A DNA stretch of 64,000 bases, from the NCBI GenBank assembly GCA_964016885.1, contig OZ024747.1, forward strand, positions 34,410,001 through 34,474,000, written 5' to 3'. The notes below the pieces were generated by a model, which did no database searches, was not told the origin of the DNA, and saw only the letters and a list, made by a program, of their open reading frames with translations. The DNA comes from Eledone cirrhosa. Taxonomy: Eukaryota. Positions 58,575 to 64,000 of this stretch are shown piece after piece. A program made the translations under genes and the position numbers. Positions within the stretch are counted from its first letter, which is position 1. The number at the start of each line of letters is the position of its first letter.

Positions 58575-58960
58575 AGATTCCGATTTGAAATATGCCCATA
58601 ATCAATCTTCGAAGGACGAAAATAAGAATAGTAATGTCATCTTAAATAATGCAATAAAAATAAACCAATTAAACGAAATGCAGTCTTATAGATATTAAGC
58701 ATCAACGAACAAGGGATATTGCAACACAAACGATCTATTGAATATATTTCAAGAAGGGATATTACAGATATTTCAAAGAGAGACACATAGAAATTCTAAG
58801 TTAATAGGCATCAACACACACTATGACCGCAAAATAATTTATAGGTATTATGAATTAGCAGGCCTAAGCAGAGCATGTGATATAATAAATGCATTCAAAA
58901 TTTGCGAAAAAACCTTAGGAAAGTATGTTCCTTACAGAACTGAAAATCACTTTTAAAAAC
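58575..58960 (+). mobile_element. Possible very old R4/Dong RT remnant
   Basis: Degenerate QLNEMQSYRY(LG)INEQ and KLIGINT segments recall the YKYLG and AINT motifs. Confidence 0.35.
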
Positions 58961-59219
58961 ATCTACAAAATAAAAATAATACAAATGAATAAGCATTGCT
59001 GTCTCTGACCGATTCGAAGCAAGGGCATATTTGATTTCATAGAAAAAGGAGAAAACTCATCTCTAGAATAGCTGCCAAAATAGCCAAACGCAGTCAAGGC
59101 GTCTTAAGGGATAATTGTAATGATGGCCTTGGTTTCATTGTCCATAAATATGCTTAAAATAAAAGGCAATAGTAGTAATAGGGCCTAGACATGTGCTACA
59201 TAGAACACAATACTAGGAT

Positions 59220-59356
59220 GGTGCTTTCGTTATCGATCTCGAATGGATGAAAGGCAAAATAACCTTCGCAGGATTTGAACTGAGAAAGCAGAGAGCTAAC
59301 ATGAAAGCCGCAAAGCTTTCATTCAATGTTGAAACGACTCTGCCAATTTGTTACCG
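59220..59356 (-). mobile_element. Degenerate SINE
   Basis: TTATCGATCTCGAATGGATGAAAGGCAAA...GGATTTGAACTGAGAA...AACGACTCTGCCAA. Confidence 0.7.
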
Positions 59357-60859
59357 TAATGTTTTGTACAGAGTACAGTGTACAGAGAAGGAATAAATAG
59401 GAAATGAAATAACGCTATTCTGTTGAAAGTTTACGAATATCAATATCGAGAATCGTCCAGGGTGCTAACTTGTACCATTTGCTTTTTGTGATGTGTAATG
59501 AGATCTTCACAAATTATATAGATAGTCGTAAGAATACAGTGAATTTCTGAATACGGAAACATGAGGAAAATCTCCTCTTTATCCATGGATGATACCTATT
59601 CATAGGAACAACTATAAAACGACGCACTTGTTTTATTCGAAACAATATCTGGATTTACTGAAAATGGAGAAATTACTTTAAATTGATAATCGGTGATTTA
59701 TAAGAAGGCAAATGATTAAAAAGAGGTTGAAATATGATGTGATAAAATTACTAGATAAAGAAATCATAAAGCAAGTACGGGAAAGATTAATAGTTGATAA
59801 GGCAAATAATATGGATATAAAGACGAGCTTTCGCAGGAAAAGATGTCGGGTGGTACATATTAAGGTTAAATCTATTTTAGATGGTAAAATATAATCTATG
59901 ACCATTATACGTGGGTAATATCTCATTTAAGATGAATTTTAATATCGACAAATTACAATAATCTTAGATTAGGTGGATAACTTAGAAAATAATTACGGTA
60001 TATCAAATATTATGTAACCAGAATTGGTGTTAAAATCCGCAGGTACCAAATACAATTGAGAGAAATCATTACTAAGAACGTGATTAATGTATCTAGAGCA
60101 TAGAGGGCAGTGTAAAATCGTACATAACAAACATTATAGAGCCAGGTTTAGACGAAACAGAGTTTGGAATCTGGAGAAGGAGTGCCATCAGATATATTTA
60201 AAAGGGAACGTGAAACTAAATAGGGTTGACTTGAACCGTAAGGAAACATTGCAGATACATTTTAGGGAGATGTAATGTACAGATAAAGGTAATTCATGAT
60301 AAATGAAGTTTAATGACTGAGAATGAAGTATCGATCATTCCAGAGAAACAAAGCTTGAGAAAAATATGAAACAGATTTCATGGGTGAAAAACCAACTGAA
60401 TCACCATTGTGTAGAACATGAATAGTAAAGTAGCTCTGCATTCGTTATAATGCCTCAAAATTACACTATATATTTTACAAAATTAACATAAGTATGAAAT
60501 GATTTCATTAATAAGCTACATGTATGTCAAAATCGTTTCATATTTAACATAAAATGTCACCCTCTTATAGAAGGTAAACAAACACAAATAACATATTATT
60601 AACTGAATGGGTTTGCAATAAATAGTAGTTCTTGTACCGAGATTATGGAAAGAAAAATGAGACTGGTTTATAAGGATCTAAAGAAAGACAAATCACATAT
60701 GAGGTGACTAAAAGTGATATTAGTAAAATTGTATTAGAGTTTGTGTATGATATAACAAACTGTTTTAATATTAAAAGGATAATCAAATTCAAAGAGTGTT
60801 TCAAATAGGAAATTGCTTACCATATAATAAAATACCTGGTTGATTAGACTGACTCTGAA

Positions 60860-61360
60860 CAATGATATGCCTACCAGAATTGGTCAAGAATGGATTGCAA
60901 TAAATTCACTATAAAAAGTCTGGAAAGCTCCCATCCCAATATCTACGAAGTACAAAATTTTCAAAGCGACGTTCGAAAGCATCAAACTATATGGATCAGA
61001 ATCATGAACACTCCAAGCTGCTCGTTGAAGGAGACTTGAGAGTTCCTACAGTATTTTGTGGATGGTGTTGAACATATGGCAAGGTCACACTACAAACAAA
61101 ATACTTCATGGTGTTATGTGACGAGTTTCATTGAAAGTTCGATCCCATCGCTTGGCTCTTGCTGGACAGGTTTCCGCCATAATGAGCCTACAGGAAAACT
61201 GCTTCTCTGGTTTTCAGATGCAAAGCGCCGTATAGAGCGTCCGAACATTACACTTAGGACCGTTTTGGTGAAGAAAACTAGCGTCACTGGACGGGATTTT
61301 GCTGCAATGAGAGATGGGGATGTCTGGAACAAGAACATTGTGCATGTATTATCCATAATG
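60860..61360 (+). mobile_element. RTE-clade LINE 3' remnant
   Basis: KVWKAPIPISTKYKIFKATFESIKLYGSES*TL...LAG...LLLW...AAMRDGDVW. Confidence 0.7.
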
Positions 61361-62509
61361 GGGCTTGGCACAACAAGAAGCAACAGAAGAAGAAATTTTC
61401 ACGGGATATGCACAAAATTGCTATTTTTTTAAAGCCCTTAAGAACAGTCCCTTTCATTCTGTAAACCCTGCTAAGAGAAATACATTCTGGATTAATATCA
61501 CCAAATCTCAAACTACAACAGTAATAATAATGGTGCAACATTGGCTGAAACTGTTACCACAACTGTTACCACAACTGTTACAACAAACTGTTACCACAAC
61601 AATTTCTAGAATGATTAAAGTAAGCTTGGCGCTTTGGACATTTTATTCAGCAGCATATCTTGATCAATTGCACGTTATGTTTCCTGTTGTCCAATGAAGT
61701 TTATCATATCAAGTGCTACAATTCATGTAAAGTAATATGCTGTCAACATATTGTGTAAAGTCTATATCATCAACGTGGAAACGAGCAGCGAGATCAGAAT
61801 CTCAAATGCAAAGAAGTGAATATTTGGAGCCAAGCGTCCTTTATTGATCACAGTTGGCCTTCTTATGAAATGCACGACATATTATATCTGGGTGCATTTT
61901 AATTCAACTCAATGCTTCATCTCATTATCAATAAAATAACACTTTCACACATCATTATTAATTTTCTTTTTCAATTTTCGTTTTTCATTTAAAACAACTT
62001 AAGTTATTTTCCCCTCGAAAATTAGATACAAAACTAATTCGTTTAGCTTGGATGAAAACCAGTTCTATCTGCACTAATGACTGAATTGAGAGAATTGGAA
62101 TCGTAAAAATGGAATCCTCTACTTCACACATGTCACAAGCTTTCTAATTGGACAATAAGACAGCGAAGTTAATTCTACTTCAGGCTAAAATACTAAAATT
62201 TATTTTAGATTATATAAGATATATTTATTTTATTGTTTTGTTATATATCTGTTTAGTTATATTTTACATCCATTCTCGATAATGCCTTTTACTTGTTAGC
62301 GTTTGTACGTATGATATGTCTGCAATAATTATATTGAATTTATAATATTGGAACACGGCCAAACACAGGCAGGCATGGGGTGCAGTTGATCGAATTGATG
62401 TCAGTGCAGTATTAAAAGATTCATCCTACTCCGATGTAATGTGAAACAACATCAATCACGCTAATATTTGCATACTGTATATAAGACGATATAATTACAC
62501 ATTTGAACG

Positions 62510-62900
62510 CTCACATCCCAAGATCTACGAAGTGCAAAGTCTTCAAACCTATGGTCGAAACCATCTTACTATATGGTACAGAATGTTGGACTCTCAGTTT
62601 CGCTATCTGAAGGAAACTTGGTGGCCCCTACACCAATACATTACATGTGGTTTTCAACATTTCGCGGTAAAGTCGCGCTTTGAACAAAGATATTTATAGT
62701 GATCTGCCATGAGTTTCATCGTAAGTTTGATCTTGTCACCTGGCTCTTGCTGGTTATGTTTCTAGCCATCATAACTTCTAGGGAAACTGCTTCCATCACG
62801 ACTCTATTAGTTAGGATCACTAGCTTGCCTGGACAGGATCTTCTTGCTGTGATGAGAGATCGGGATGTCCGGAAAAATAACTTTGTGCATACTTCACCTT
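62510..62900 (+). mobile_element. RTE-clade LINE 3' remnant, same family as 60860-61360
   Basis: HIPRSTKCKVFKPMVETILLYGTECWTL...AVMRDRDV. Confidence 0.7.
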
Positions 62901-63402
62901 AGATGGAAAGATAACTCAGGCCAAACCAAGCCAAGCATTTTGGGAAGTGATATAAACATCAGAATCCATTGGATTCAAGTTTTGTATGCCGAGCCCATTC
63001 TTAACACTAACTATTGTTCTGTAAAGTAAGAATGTAACATTTTAAAAGTTGCGAGTTATGAACGGCTAACGTAATGTACTGGCCAAAACGTCAGTGCCCT
63101 AATGTTGTTATCATAGGGAGCAGTTACAAAATTGTTTTAACTATAAAAAGGTACATTGTAGGGTATAATTAACAGGTTTATAAAAGTACATTGGTGGAAT
63201 CAAATATCCGCAGATGAGACGACATAGATTAAAAATTATGTGGGATTAATTTCAGCTGATAACATTTTTCTAACACAAACATAGCGGTGTGCCAATGGGG
63301 AATCTCATTTTATTTTGTGATATTAGGAATGGCAACAAATTAAGTGAGGGTATAAAATGAAAAGCTGAAACATACATACAAAAATACACGGACATGTATA
63401 TG

Positions 63403-63435
63403 CTCTCTCTCTCACACACACACACACACTCACAC

Positions 63436-63508
<73 letters not shown>
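63403..63508. repeat. (CT)n(CA)n(TA)n microsatellite
   Basis: Visible. Confidence 0.95.
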
Positions 63509-63512
<4 letters not shown>

Positions 63513-64000
63513 AAGCAGAAATAACAAAGCAAAAAATAGTACAATAGAAAAAATTATTAGTTTAAGGATTGAAATGATAGGAAAAGATTCTCAGTGTTTT
63601 AGACACAGGCCTACATCAGAAGATAGAATGAGAAATACAAGATAAAATGGAATAACAAAGAGAGAGTAGAGAAATACACGTTTGTATTCCGTCACCCATA
63701 TATGATAATATGTTCACGAAATACCAATGCCATGAGGTATATCTTTCAGGCATATTAATCAATGCTAACTGGGATGAATCAAGTCGCAAAGTGTTTCTCT
63801 GGGGAATCTGTGGTGTGATGGCAATAATAAACAGATTCGTAGGTTTATCAACAAGTATTGATATGGCCTAACGATCATCAAATCATCTAATTGTGACATC
63901 AAAATATTGTTATAGACCACAAATTAATATGGTCTCCAAGAAATCTTAATACAGCAAACATTAATCGATCAATAATCGGGTCAGTAAGTTAAAAGATAAA

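Noticed and set aside
59400-60850. Short ORFs (59712..59894, 60087..60275) as host exons
   Set aside because: No recognisable domain or consistent splice structure; likely decayed repeat or neutral DNA.

Overview
This is AT-rich eukaryotic (animal) DNA with no recognisable host gene. The abundant tRNA-derived SINE and the dense (TA)n/(AAT)n tracts suggest an octopus or other cephalopod genome (inference). Two blocks (1-21 kb and 38-58.5 kb) are nests of non-LTR retrotransposons built around (AAT)n microsatellites. They hold about ten Tx1/L1-clade LINE copies (ORF1 with CCHC knuckle; ORF2 APE-RT), all on the minus strand, plus two families of R4/Dong-clade RT + restriction-like-endonuclease elements and SINEs. 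Between them (21-31 kb) is a (TA)n-rich zone of long palindromes carrying minimal type-I hammerhead-ribozyme motifs next to a Penelope-like GIY-YIG remnant. Decayed DNA-transposon and RTE fragments follow. Main novel signal: all five Tx1 ORF1/ORF2 junctions carry a perfect 5' splice donor (G|GTAAGT) at the ORF1 end, and one subfamily has a strong acceptor in its 3' UTR. The most intact copy is an ORF1/ORF2 chimera whose breakpoint falls exactly on that donor. This suggests splicing both removes ORF2 and shuffles ORF1 between neighbouring LINEs. All alignments and folds were done by eye and need computational confirmation.
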